In this document: piece by piece, positions 10,451 through 19,866 of the stretch | How the letters are laid out: each line of letters opens with the position of its first letter | Numbering within the stretch: the first letter of the stretch is position 1 | Origin: Stellaceae bacterium | GTDB taxonomy: Bacteria > Pseudomonadota > Alphaproteobacteria > ATCC43930 > CGMCC-115725 | Direction of reading: 5' to 3' | Length of the DNA: 36,995 nt | Assembly: GCA_035515835.1 (NCBI GenBank) | Contig: DATJAV010000142.1 | Coordinates: forward strand, 1-36,995 | The notes under the pieces: generated by a model | Told to the model about the DNA's origin: nothing | Databases searched by the model: none | Seen by the model: the letters and a program-made list of their open reading frames with translations, nothing else | Made by a program: the position numbers and the translations under genes

Positions 10451-11323
10451 ATGACGAGCGTGGTGGTGACGGGCGGCAGCGGTAAGGCGGGGCGTGCAGT
10501 GATCCGCGAGCTCGTCGAGCACGGGCACCGCGTGATGAATGTCGACCTGGTGCCGCCGCGAGAGCCGCTCTGCCATTTCTTCAAGGCCGATCTCGCCGAT
10601 ATCGGCCAGGCGGTAGAGGCGATCCGCCGCGCCGCAGGCACGATCGACCGGCGGCGCACGCCGCTGGGCGAGACCGAGGCGGTCATCCATCTCGCCGGCA
10701 TCCCCGCGCCGAGCCTCGCGCCCGATGCGGTGACCTTCCAGAACAACCTGATCTCGACCTACAACGTCTTCAGCGCGGCGACACTTTTCGGCGTGAAGCG
10801 CGTGGTGTGGGCATCGAGCGAGACTGCTTTCGGGCTCCCCTTGACGCGCTCGCCGCCAGCCTTTGTGCCCGTCACCGAGGAGCATCCGCTGGTGCCGGAG
10901 ACGGGATATGCGCTGGCGAAGGTGCTCTCGGAAAAGATGGCGCAGGAGATGCACCGCTGGAACCCCGGCACCCGCTTCGTGGCGTTCCGCATCTCCAACA
11001 TCTTCGACGAAGGGGACTATGCTCAGATCCGCTCTTTCTCGGCGGATCCGGGGGTGCGGCAATGGAACCTCTGGAGCTGGGTCGATGCTCGCGACGTGGC
11101 GCAGGCCTGCCGCCTCGCACTCGAGGCGCCGGTCGCGGGTGCCGATGAATTCATCGTCGCCGCGGCGGATACGCTGATGGAGCAGCCGAGCCGCGAGCTC
11201 ATGGCCCGAGCCTTTCCAGGCGTGCCGCTGCGGGGCGAGATCGGCGCGCATGAGACGCTGCTCTCGATCGAGAAGGCGAAGCGGGTGCTGGGGTATCGGC
11301 CGCGATATACGTGGCGGACGTGA
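10451..11323 (+). CDS. NAD-dependent epimerase/dehydratase-family (extended SDR) protein
   Basis: The Rossmann motif is VVVTGGSGKAGRAV and the catalytic YxxxK lies in TGYALAKVLSEK. The protein is 290 aa. Confidence 0.85.
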   Translation: MTSVVVTGGSGKAGRAVIRELVEHGHRVMNVDLVPPREPLCHFFKADLADIGQAVEAIRRAAGTIDRRRTPLGETEAVIHLAGIPAPSLAPDAVTFQNNLISTYNVFSAATLFGVKRVVWASSETAFGLPLTRSPPAFVPVTEEHPLVPETGYALAKVLSEKMAQEMHRWNPGTRFVAFRISNIFDEGDYAQIRSFSADPGVRQWNLWSWVDARDVAQACRLALEAPVAGADEFIVAAADTLMEQPSRELMARAFPGVPLRGEIGAHETLLSIEKAKRVLGYRPRYTWRT

Positions 11324-11333
11324 GGAGGCTGCA

Positions 11334-12047
11334 TCACATGGCGGCGAATTGCTTCTCGACGGCCTTGTGATCCTTCCGCCAAGCGTCGTAAAGCGACGAG
11401 GACATCGGGTCGGGGAAGATGTCCTCGACCGCGCTCGACACACCGGCGACGATGGCCGCGGCGACATCAGCAGGGCTCGTCTTCGGCATTTCGACCCCCG
11501 CCAGCATGTCAGTGTCGACGGCACCGGGGAAAACGCCGTGCACGGCGACCTTGCGGCTCGACAGCGTGGCGCGCAGCGACTGGTTCAGCGACCACGCCGC
11601 GGCCTTGGAGGCGTTGTAGACGCCGAGCCCGGGCATGCTGGCGAGCGCGACCAGCGTCAGGATGTTGACGATGGCGCCGCCGCCATTCCGCTCGATGACC
11701 GGCGCGAAGGCTTTCGACATCGCGAGGACGCCGTAGAAGTTCGCGGCAAAATTGCGCTCGAACGCCGCCCGCGGCGCGTCGAGGACCGAGCCGAAATCCA
11801 AGACGCCGGCGTTGTTGACGAGGAGCGCCACGTCGTCCGCCCGTTTCGCCAGGGCCGTGACCGAAGCCGCGTCGGTCACGTCGAGCGGGACGGCCAGGAC
11901 CCGCTTGTCGCTGGCGACGACCGTCTCGACGTTGCGCGCGGCGGCATAGACCTTGGCGGCGCCGGCCAAGAGAAGGGCGTCGACGAGCGCTCGGCCGATG
12001 CCGCGATTGGCGCCACTCACGAGCGCCGTTGAGTGCTTGATGTCCAT
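11334..12047 (-). CDS. Classical short-chain dehydrogenase/reductase (SDR)
   Basis: Motifs seen are ALVSGANRGIGRAL (TGxxxGIG), NNAG and the catalytic YNASKAA. The protein is 237 aa. Confidence 0.9.
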   Translation of the reverse strand: MDIKHSTALVSGANRGIGRALVDALLLAGAAKVYAAARNVETVVASDKRVLAVPLDVTDAASVTALAKRADDVALLVNNAGVLDFGSVLDAPRAAFERNFAANFYGVLAMSKAFAPVIERNGGGAIVNILTLVALASMPGLGVYNASKAAAWSLNQSLRATLSSRKVAVHGVFPGAVDTDMLAGVEMPKTSPADVAAAIVAGVSSAVEDIFPDPMSSSLYDAWRKDHKAVEKQFAAM

Positions 12048-12164
12048 GTGAGGGTCTCCGCGGGTGCTGATCCCCGAGCATTCCCCATTGGGACGCCGAG
12101 AAAAACCGTCGGTCCGGCACCATAGTCGTGCGGAACGCGCACGAGTGCCAAGCGCCGCGTGCTT

Positions 12165-13073
12165 TCAACCCGGCTCGTAGCGGCGCAGATGCTCGCGGAC
12201 GAAATCGACGAAGGTCCGCACTTTGAGCGGCAGGTAGGATCGGCTCGGATAGAGAATCCAGGCGGCCGTGTCGAAATCGGTCGCCGTCACGCCGTAATGG
12301 GGAAAAAGGTCGACCAACGAGCCGTTGGCGAGATCGGCATCGATGGTCCAGTGTGCGAGGAGAGCTGGCGCCAAGCCGTCGAGCGCGCATCGGCGGATCG
12401 CCAGAGCGCTCGACAGCTTGAGATTGCTCTTGATCGGGACCTCGGTGACCTCGCCGCTCGCCCGCCGAAAGAGCCAGCGATCGGCAAAGCCCGGCAAAGC
12501 GAAGGCCACGCAATCGCGGTCCGAAAGGTGCGCGGGCGAGTGAGGCATGCCCTCGCGGGCGACATAGGCGGGGCTTGCGCACACACGATAGCGCGTCGAG
12601 AACAACCTTGCACCGACATAGCCGAGGTCGAGACGCGGACCGAGACGAATGGCGACGTCGATCCTTTCGCCGATGAGATCGAGATTGACATCGGTGAGCA
12701 GAAGCTCGAGCGACAGGTTCGGATAGCGTTGCCGGAACTCGGCGATGAGCGGCACGATGCAGAGCTGCCCGAACGCGACCGTAGTCGAGACGCGCAGATT
12801 GCCCGACGGCGTGATGCTGACATCGCGCGCCGACTGGCTCGCTCTTGCCAATTCTTCGAGCAACGGTTCCGTTCGCTCGAAGTAGATGCGACCCGCTTCG
12901 GTGGCGGCGAGCCGGCGGGTGGAGCGCTGGAAGAGGCGGAGACCGAGCTCGTCCTCGAGGCCGGCGATAAGCCGCGAGATCGATGAGGGGTCGAGGTTAC
13001 GGTCCTTGGCCACCGCCGCAAAGCTGCCGCGCCGCATGACCTCGACGAAGATGGCAAGGGTCGTAATGTCCAT
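12165..13073 (-). CDS. LysR-family transcriptional regulator
   Basis: The N-terminal HTH is LAIFVEVMRRGSFAAVAKDRNLDPSSISRLIAGLEDELGLRLFQRSTRRL. It is followed by a roughly 200-aa substrate-binding-like domain. Confidence 0.9.
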   Translation of the reverse strand: MDITTLAIFVEVMRRGSFAAVAKDRNLDPSSISRLIAGLEDELGLRLFQRSTRRLAATEAGRIYFERTEPLLEELARASQSARDVSITPSGNLRVSTTVAFGQLCIVPLIAEFRQRYPNLSLELLLTDVNLDLIGERIDVAIRLGPRLDLGYVGARLFSTRYRVCASPAYVAREGMPHSPAHLSDRDCVAFALPGFADRWLFRRASGEVTEVPIKSNLKLSSALAIRRCALDGLAPALLAHWTIDADLANGSLVDLFPHYGVTATDFDTAAWILYPSRSYLPLKVRTFVDFVREHLRRYEPG

Positions 13074-13394
13074 GTCTGCGCAGCGCCGTCATGTGAAATG
13101 CGTCGTTTATCATGCCACCACCACTCGATCCGTGCGAGTCTTGCACGAAAACAATGCAGAGATCGGGATCTATCGGCGCATCGCCGCGACCGATATTGCT
13201 GCCTCTCATGAACCGGTAGCTGCATGAGCGGGGTGCGTACTTCGGCATGCGCCTTCGGTGCAAGCTCAGGATGAGGCATGTGGGTGTGTAGCATCGGCAT
13301 TTCCGGTGATGCCATATTCCCACCCACCTCATCGTGAGCTTGCGCGCGCCACCGCGGATGTCGAAGGACGCACCACCGGAAATGCAAGCTGCTC

Positions 13395-14186
13395 TTAAGC
13401 ACCCTCGCGCCGGAACGGATTGCGCAGCGTGCCGAGGCCGGTGATGTCGATCTCGACGATGTCGCCGGATTTGAGGTCGGGGGCGGCGCCGTCGGTGCCC
13501 ATCCAGACGACGTCGCCGGGATGGAGGGTCAAATAGCGGCTCATGGTGCTGAGATAGCGGGCGACGCCGAAGAGCATGGCGTTGGTGGGAAAGCGGATGG
13601 TCTCGCGGCCATTGACGCGGACGACCGTCTCCATCGCGTCGAGGGCGGCCTCGGTCTCGATCCAGGGGCCCATCGGCTTGAAGGTGTCCGTATTCTTGGC
13701 GCGCCAGAGGGTGCGGTCCGAGCGCTGCCAGGTGCGCTCGCTCACGTCGTTGCCGATGGTGTAGCCCAGGACGCAGGAGAGCGCGTCGGCCTCGCTCAAA
13801 TGCTTGGCGCGCCGGCCGATGACGACGACGAGTTCGGCCTCGTATTGCACCTTGTCGCTGGCATCGCGCGGAATGATCACGGTCTCGCCATGGGCGATGA
13901 GCGCGTTGTTGGCGCGGTAGCCGATATCAGGTTGCGTCGGCAGCTCGGGCTGGACGCCGCGCTTTTGCGCCTGCTCCAGAACATGGGCGGCGTAGTTGAG
14001 ACCGGCGGCGTAGAAGGTGCGAGGCACGACCGGCACCTCGACCTTGACCGCGGCGAGCGCGTGGCGACGCGCCGTCTCCTCGTAGACGCCAAAGGGGTCG
14101 CCCGAGACCTCGGTGATCCCCTCGCCCTCGAGAATGCCGTAAGCCGTGCGGCCGGCGGCGGTAAAGCGGACCCAGCGCATGGCCAA
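13395..14186 (-). CDS. Fumarylacetoacetate hydrolase (FAH)-family protein
   Basis: FAH signatures seen are YEAELVVVIGRRAK, GYTIGNDVSER, KNTDTFKPMGPW and LHPGDVVWMGT. Confidence 0.9.
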   Translation of the reverse strand: MAMRWVRFTAAGRTAYGILEGEGITEVSGDPFGVYEETARRHALAAVKVEVPVVPRTFYAAGLNYAAHVLEQAQKRGVQPELPTQPDIGYRANNALIAHGETVIIPRDASDKVQYEAELVVVIGRRAKHLSEADALSCVLGYTIGNDVSERTWQRSDRTLWRAKNTDTFKPMGPWIETEAALDAMETVVRVNGRETIRFPTNAMLFGVARYLSTMSRYLTLHPGDVVWMGTDGAAPDLKSGDIVEIDITGLGTLRNPFRREGA

Positions 14187-14309
14187 TCCTCCCCGACCGG
14201 GAGCTTAGCGAGTAACGGCCGGTTTGCCACTATCGGCTGAGGATACAGTTGCGCGCGGCGCTCGCTTCAACGCGGCGCCGCCGCAACCACGGTGCGTTGC
14301 CGTCGTTAA

Positions 14310-14462
14310 TTATTTATTCCGCTCGGCCGAGTTGGTGATGGCGTGACCTGCGTTGGAGAGGTCTTCCCCCGCGCCCGCGGTGGTATTGCACGCGCTGAGC
14401 AAAGCGCCTGCGGCGCTCATCACCGTGAGCGCGATGAGCAGGGTGGCGAGACGTTGGCGCAT
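14310..14462 (-). CDS. Entericidin A/B-family small lipoprotein
   Basis: The 50-aa product is MRQRLATLLIALTVMSAAGALLSACNTTAGAGEDLSNAGHAITNSAERNK. It has a lipobox (LSAC) and the CNT.xG.GED...G..I pattern of entericidins. A GGAGG lies upstream of the ATG at 14462. The longer track ORF (to 14591) has a non-protein-like N-terminus. Confidence 0.75.
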   Translation of the reverse strand: MRQRLATLLIALTVMSAAGALLSACNTTAGAGEDLSNAGHAITNSAERNK

Positions 14463-14765
14463 TAAAGCCTCCAATGATGTGCTCTTTCGCCAACAGCACG
14501 TTGGTTCGCGACGTTCCCGGCGCCCGCCCCCTGGAAATGCGTAGGCGCCCTCGGCCGGGAGCAGATGCGCATCCCAACTCGATTTCGGCATCCACCAAGT
14601 TAATCATGTGATTTCCCATAAATAACGCGAAGCCTCTGTATTTACCGTCAACCGCGCCGTTAAAGCCGCTTCTCCTCTTTCGCCTCTCCAATGGTAATGT
14701 TAGCGTTGTTTTCGCTGCAGTGAAATCGCCGCGCCCGCGAAGAGGCGCGAACGGGGAGGCAGGAC

Positions 14766-16160
14766 ATGGCACGCACGTTGCGTCGGCCCAGCGCGGACGA
14801 GATGGCCGCAGCGCTGATCGAAGGCGAGCGGCGCATGCTGAGGGCACGCAAGCGGCAGCTCGAGGACTGCGACTGCAAGGAGGGCATGTTCCCCCACCCC
14901 GGCCGGCGCCACGTGCTGCTTGCCGCTGGCGGCGCGCTCGCCGGCGCGGCCGCACTGCCGGCGTTGGCGCAGGACAGCAAGCGGCGCGCGCCGCCGGGCG
15001 CCGTCTGGCGCGACGTGCCCGACGATTCCACCAAGGAGCCGGGGACGCCGATCGGCGAGGACGGCGGCTACGGCACGCGCTCCCAGTTCGAGACGGAGGT
15101 GCGGCTGCGCGCCGCGACGCCGACCACGCTCTCTTCCTGGACGATGACGCCGCTCGAGAAGAATCTCGGCACGATCACGCCCGCCGGACTGCATTTCGAG
15201 CGCCATCACGCCGGCATCCCGACGATCGATCCGATGCGGCACGCGCTCTTCATCCACGGCATGGTGGAGCGGCCGAAGAAATACCTGATGGTCGATCTGA
15301 AGCGCTTTCCCTCGGTCTCGCGCACGCACTTCATCGAATGCTCCGGGAACGGCCTTACCGAGTGGCGGAAACCGACGATGAAGACGGTGCAGGGCACGCA
15401 CGGCCTCCTCAGCACCTCGGAATGGACCGGCGTGCCCTTCGCGAGCTTCGCGCGCGAGGTCGGACTTCGGGAAGGCGCCGCCTGGGTGCTGGCCGAAGGC
15501 GCCGACGCGGCGGTGATGACGCGCAGCATTCCGCTCGAGAAGCTGCTGACCGATGGCTTTATTGCCTATGGCCAGAATGGTGAGGCGCTCCGACCCGAGC
15601 AGGGCTATCCGCTGCGCCTCATCCTGCCGGGCTGGGAGGGAAATACGCATATCAAATGGCTGCGCCGGCTCGAGGTCAGCGACAAGCCCTTCATGACGCG
15701 CGAGGAGACCTCGAAGTACACGGATCTCATGGCCGACGGCAAAGCGCGGCAATTCACCTTCACGATGGAGGCGAAGTCGGTCATCACCTTCCCTTCGGGC
15801 GAGATGAAGCTGCCCGGCGTGGGCTTCTATGAGGTGACGGGCATCGCCTGGAGCGGGCGCGGCCGCATCGCGCGCGTCGAAGTCTCGAGCGATGGCGGCA
15901 AGAGCTGGGCCTTGGCCGCGCTCCAGGATCCGGTGCTGCCGGTCGCCGGCACGCGCTTCCGCTTCCCCTGGTTCTGGAAGGGCGATGCGGCCGTGCTGCA
16001 AAGTCGCGCCACCGACGAGACCGGCTACGTGCAGCCGAGCTTGCAGCAGCTCGTCGACATCCGCGGCCTCGCCGGCCCCTTCGGCTCTATCTATCACCTG
16101 AACGCGATCCAGAGCTGGGCCGTGGCGCAAGACGGGAGTGTCAGCAATGTGCACGTTTAG
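14766..16160 (+). CDS. sorA: Sulfite dehydrogenase molybdopterin subunit (SorA-type, sulfite-oxidase family) with a twin-arginine signal
   Basis: A Tat-like segment is present (PGRRHVLLAAGGALAGAAALPALAQD). The Mo-ligand cysteine context is HFIECSGNG, with family motifs GYPLRLILPGWEGNTHIKWLRRLEV. The ATG at 14766 has GGGGAGG 6 nt upstream. An alternative ATG at 14886 would give a conventional 30-aa Tat signal. Confidence 0.85.
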   Translation: MARTLRRPSADEMAAALIEGERRMLRARKRQLEDCDCKEGMFPHPGRRHVLLAAGGALAGAAALPALAQDSKRRAPPGAVWRDVPDDSTKEPGTPIGEDGGYGTRSQFETEVRLRAATPTTLSSWTMTPLEKNLGTITPAGLHFERHHAGIPTIDPMRHALFIHGMVERPKKYLMVDLKRFPSVSRTHFIECSGNGLTEWRKPTMKTVQGTHGLLSTSEWTGVPFASFAREVGLREGAAWVLAEGADAAVMTRSIPLEKLLTDGFIAYGQNGEALRPEQGYPLRLILPGWEGNTHIKWLRRLEVSDKPFMTREETSKYTDLMADGKARQFTFTMEAKSVITFPSGEMKLPGVGFYEVTGIAWSGRGRIARVEVSSDGGKSWALAALQDPVLPVAGTRFRFPWFWKGDAAVLQSRATDETGYVQPSLQQLVDIRGLAGPFGSIYHLNAIQSWAVAQDGSVSNVHV

Positions 16161-16704
16161 GGAGCTCGCACTCGCGGCGATGTTGACGCTGGCGGCCGCG
16201 CTTCCGGCAGAGGCGCAGGGATATCCGCTCCGCCTCGATCTCGGCACCACGCCGTCCCCCGCAGAGCTGGCGCGCATGTCGTCCATTCCGCCGGACGGAC
16301 GCGGCCTCCCGCCCGGGCAAGGGACCTACGCACAAGGCCAGAAGATCTATGCCCAAACGTGTGCCGCCTGCCACGGCGACCAGCTCCAGGGCATTCCCAC
16401 CGCCGGCGACAAGCTCATCGGCGGTCGCGGCACGCTCGCAACCGAAGCGCCGGTGAAGACGGTCGAGAGCTACTGGCCCTATGCGACGACGCTCTTCGAT
16501 TATGTGAAGCGCGCCATGCCGCTCTCGGCGCCAGGCTCGCTCAAGGACGACGAGATCTATGCCGTCACCGCCTTCATCCTGGGCGAGGCGAAGATCATCG
16601 ACAAATCGACGGCGATGGACGCGAAGACGTTGCCCGCGGTCGAGATGCCGAACCGCAACGGCTTCGTGCCCGACCCGCGGCCGGAGATCGAACTTTACCG
16701 GTAA
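16147..16704 (+). CDS. sorB: Monohaem c-type cytochrome, probable electron-acceptor subunit of sulfite dehydrogenase (SorB-like)
   Basis: There is a single CAACHG haem-binding motif and a signal peptide ending LPAEA/QG. The ATG at 16147 is preceded by GGGAG at about 8 nt and overlaps the end of sorA. The track start at 16138 is a GTG with no usable spacing. Confidence 0.8.
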   Translation: MCTFRELALAAMLTLAAALPAEAQGYPLRLDLGTTPSPAELARMSSIPPDGRGLPPGQGTYAQGQKIYAQTCAACHGDQLQGIPTAGDKLIGGRGTLATEAPVKTVESYWPYATTLFDYVKRAMPLSAPGSLKDDEIYAVTAFILGEAKIIDKSTAMDAKTLPAVEMPNRNGFVPDPRPEIELYR

Positions 16705-16731
16705 CTCCCTCTTCCGCTTGCGGGAGAAGGT

Positions 16732-18840
16732 CTAGGCAGCGCGGATGGTGGCGAGGAAGGTGTCGACCTCGCCGCGCAGCTTCTCGCCGTGGCGAGAGAG
16801 CTCGGTGGCGGCGCCCAGCACCTGCTGCGCCGATTTGCCAGTCTCGGCGGCCGAGCGGGTGACGCCGGAGATGGTGGTGGTGACCTCGCGGGCGCCGCTC
16901 GCAGCCTCGTCGACGCTCGCCGCGATCTGCTCGGTCGCCTTGCCTTGATGCTGCACAGCGGCGGCGATTTCCCGGGCGATCTCGTTGATCTTGCCGATGG
17001 TGCCGGCAATCGAGCGGATCGCCCCCACGGCCTGCCCGGTCGCGCCTTGGATCTCCATGATCTGCGCGGTGATCTCCTCGGTCGCCTTTGCCGTCTGGCT
17101 GGCGAGCGACTTCACCTCACTGGCGACCACGGCGAAACCCTTGCCGGCATCGCCTGCGCGCGCCGCCTCGATGGTGGCGTTGAGCGCCAGCAGATTGGTC
17201 TGGCTGGCGATCTCGCTGATGAGCTGAACCACGGCGCCGATGCGCTCGGCAGCGCGCGCCAAGCCTTCGACGATCTTGTCGGTGCGCGTCGCCTCGTCGA
17301 CGGCGCGGCCGGCGATCTCGGCCGATTGCGTCGCCTGCTGGCCGATCTGATTGACCGAGGCCGAAAGCTCCTCCGCCGCCGAGGCGACCGTCTCGACGCT
17401 CATCGACGCCTGTTGCGAGACGCTGGCGACCTTGGTGGTCTGGTGATCGGTGTCCTCGGCAATCGCCGCCATGGAGCGTGCCGAGGCCTGCATCTCGGTC
17501 GAAGACGAGGCCACAGCTTCGACCACGCCCTTGACGCTCTGCTCGAAGCGCTCGGCCAGCGAGAGCATGGAGGCGCGCCGTTCGCGCTCGGTGCGCTCCT
17601 TGATTTCGGCGCGCTCGCTTTCCAAGCGGCGCATTTCGACGGCGTTGTCCTTGAAGACGCGAAGCGCCTGCGCCATGGCGCCGATCTCATCGTTGCCGGC
17701 GTCGGGCACGGCAGCCTTGAGATCACCGGCAGCGAGCTTGCGCATCGTCTGCTCAACCCTGAACAGGCGGCCGACGATGCTCCAGCCGACGTAGAGCCAG
17801 CCGATGGCGACGGCGAGGACCAGACCCGCGATGGCGACGGCGAGAAGCACGCGCTCGCTAGTCGCGAGCAGCTTGCTTGCCTTGGTTGCAGCACCTTCCG
17901 CCTCTCCCTTGGCGGTGTTGACGCCGCGGGTGATCGCTGCCGCGAGGTCATCGGCGTAGCCGTTGTTCTTGGCCATCAAGTCGGCGCGTCTCGCCTCGGC
18001 GTCGAGCATGTCATGGCGCGCCTCGCCCGGTTTCAGCTGGTAGAGCGCGTCCCACTTCTCGACCAGCGGCCGGAGCGTCGCTCCCGATTTGTCATCGAGG
18101 TCATCGAGCGCCGCATCAAGCGTCTCGCTCTCGTGCCGGATGAGCAAAGCGAGATGGTCGATCTCGTCCTGGCTCGCCACGGGAAGCTGCGCGAATGCCG
18201 ATTGCAACGCGGCGTTGGAGGCGCTGATGCGATTGAGCGCCTGGGTCGCATCGACTGCGTCCTTGAGCTTGCGCGCCGCCGCGCGCCGCTCGTCGGCGGT
18301 CGTGCTCTCCGAGCCGAGCGTGAGGATGAGTCCTGCGGCGGTGCTGTGCTGCTCGCTGCTGATGGGCTCGAGCTCGCCCGACATTCTTTGGCCGAGCAAG
18401 GTCGCGTCTTTCAACAGCTTCGCGAGCTTCGCCTGCGCCTCGTTGCTCCTGCCGGTCTCGGCCGCAGCAGCGCCGATGCCTTGACGCAGCGCCTCGAGAG
18501 CGGATTTGATCTTGCTCGTGCTCTCGGCTGCCGGATCGAGCTGCGCGAGAAGAGCGTCGGCGCGTTGCAGCTCTTGGTTCAGCCGCTCCTGCTCATGGCC
18601 AAACTTGTCGATGCTCGCCTGCGCCAGATTGGTGCCGGCGAGCACGACGAGGTTGCCTTGCCGCTTCAATTCAAGCGAGGTCTCGACCCCTGGCAAGGCG
18701 CGGGTCACCACGGCGTCGAGCGAGCTGTGCACCGAATGGAACGCGCGGAGCGAGATGCCCGCGGCGATGAGCGGCAGAAGCGAGATGGCCGCGAAGGCCG
18801 CCCACAGCCTGCCTCTGACACCCATGCGAAGGAACATCAT
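16732..18840 (-). CDS. Methyl-accepting chemotaxis protein with a large (about 300-aa) helical periplasmic sensor domain, HAMP and MCP signalling domain
   Basis: TM1 is [20 protein letters not shown] and TM2 is [25 protein letters not shown]. The HAMP segment is [28 protein letters not shown]. The conserved hairpin tip is [37 protein letters not shown]. Confidence 0.9.
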   Translation of the reverse strand: MMFLRMGVRGRLWAAFAAISLLPLIAAGISLRAFHSVHSSLDAVVTRALPGVETSLELKRQGNLVVLAGTNLAQASIDKFGHEQERLNQELQRADALLAQLDPAAESTSKIKSALEALRQGIGAAAAETGRSNEAQAKLAKLLKDATLLGQRMSGELEPISSEQHSTAAGLILTLGSESTTADERRAAARKLKDAVDATQALNRISASNAALQSAFAQLPVASQDEIDHLALLIRHESETLDAALDDLDDKSGATLRPLVEKWDALYQLKPGEARHDMLDAEARRADLMAKNNGYADDLAAAITRGVNTAKGEAEGAATKASKLLATSERVLLAVAIAGLVLAVAIGWLYVGWSIVGRLFRVEQTMRKLAAGDLKAAVPDAGNDEIGAMAQALRVFKDNAVEMRRLESERAEIKERTERERRASMLSLAERFEQSVKGVVEAVASSSTEMQASARSMAAIAEDTDHQTTKVASVSQQASMSVETVASAAEELSASVNQIGQQATQSAEIAGRAVDEATRTDKIVEGLARAAERIGAVVQLISEIASQTNLLALNATIEAARAGDAGKGFAVVASEVKSLASQTAKATEEITAQIMEIQGATGQAVGAIRSIAGTIGKINEIAREIAAAVQHQGKATEQIAASVDEAASGAREVTTTISGVTRSAAETGKSAQQVLGAATELSRHGEKLRGEVDTFLATIRAA

Positions 18841-18900
18841 CAGGACCTCGCGTCTCGTCGCGCCGGCACGAGGCCGCCGGAACGGCGTCCTTGCCTCACG

Positions 18901-19866
18901 TCAGTTGGCGCTGCTGAGCTTGGTGGCGAAGCGGCGGTCGATCAGCGCGTCGACCAGCTTGGCGACATCCTGATCGGCGGGGATGATGCCGACGCGCTGC
19001 AGCACCTCGCCCGCGGCTTTGATCGTCCGCACCTGCGCGTTGCCGATCTGCGCGTTGCGCAGGTCGGTGCGCTCGAGCTGGCGCGCCGCCACCGCGTCGT
19101 CGATCGCAGCGGCCTTGATCAGCGCCGCTTTGAGACCGTCGGGATTCTGAAGCGACCATTGCCGCGCTTCCTCGTAGGCCTTGATCACGCGGGCGACGAT
19201 GTCGCCATGCGCGGCGAGAAAGTCCTCGCGCACATTGAGCACCCCGTAGGTGTTGAGATAGGGATCGCGGAAGAGCAGCCGGGCATGAGAGTCGAGCTCG
19301 GCCTGCGCCATCATCGGGTCGAGACCGGCCCAGGCGTCGACCTCTCCGGCCAACATCGCCTTTCGCCCGTCCGCATGCTGCAGCGGGACGATGGTGATGT
19401 CCTTGTCGGTAAGCCCCACCGTCTCCAGCGCCCGCAGCAGGAAGATGTGCGGATCGGTGCCCTTGGTGACCGCGATTTTTTTGCCCTTGAGGTCGGCGAC
19501 GGTCTTCAACGGCGAGCCCTCGGGAACGACCAGCGCCGTCCATTCCGGGCGCGAGTAGACATAAATTGATTTGATCGGCGAGCCGGCCGCGCGGGCCATC
19601 AGCGCCGCGGCACCGGCGCTCGAGCCGAAATCGATGGTGTTCTTGTCGAGGCCTTCCAACGCCACATTGCTGCCGGCGCTTTTCGACCACTCGACGGCAA
19701 TGCCGTCGTTGGCGAATTCCTTCTCGACGAAGCCCTGCTCCTTCAGAACCAGGCTCACCGGATTGTATGTGGCGAAATCCATGCGCAACTTGGTGAGCGA
19801 GTCGGCCTGCGCGGCCGACGTGAGCGCCAGCATCGCGGTCAACGCGATCAAGGCGCGCCTTGTCAT
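18901..19866 (-). CDS. Periplasmic substrate-binding protein, SsuA/NMT1-like (aliphatic sulfonate/taurine/nitrate class); no cognate permease or ATPase nearby
   Basis: The signal peptide is MTRRALIALTAMLALTSAAQA/DS. SsuA-like motifs seen are WSKSAGSNVALEGLDKNTIDFG, DLKGKKIAVTKGTDPH and GEVDAWAGLDP. The start could be 19866 or 19881. The first 32 codons of the track ORF are not protein-like. Confidence 0.8.
   Translation of the reverse strand: MTRRALIALTAMLALTSAAQADSLTKLRMDFATYNPVSLVLKEQGFVEKEFANDGIAVEWSKSAGSNVALEGLDKNTIDFGSSAGAAALMARAAGSPIKSIYVYSRPEWTALVVPEGSPLKTVADLKGKKIAVTKGTDPHIFLLRALETVGLTDKDITIVPLQHADGRKAMLAGEVDAWAGLDPMMAQAELDSHARLLFRDPYLNTYGVLNVREDFLAAHGDIVARVIKAYEEARQWSLQNPDGLKAALIKAAAIDDAVAARQLERTDLRNAQIGNAQVRTIKAAGEVLQRVGIIPADQDVAKLVDALIDRRFATKLSSAN

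Noticed and set aside
14700-16286. 528-aa ORF on the minus strand
   Set aside because: It is antisense to sorA/sorB. Its composition is not protein-like, whereas the plus strand has the Mo-enzyme and CxxCH motifs.
16707-16727. Short hairpin between the convergent sorB and MCP stops
   Set aside because: The stem is only 5-6 bp with a G-U pair and no U-tract. It is too weak to call a terminator.
16789-19569. 926-aa ORF on the plus strand
   Set aside because: It is antisense to the MCP and the SsuA-like gene, both of which have strong motifs. The product is dominated by Arg, Gly, Ala, Leu and Asp runs with no domains.
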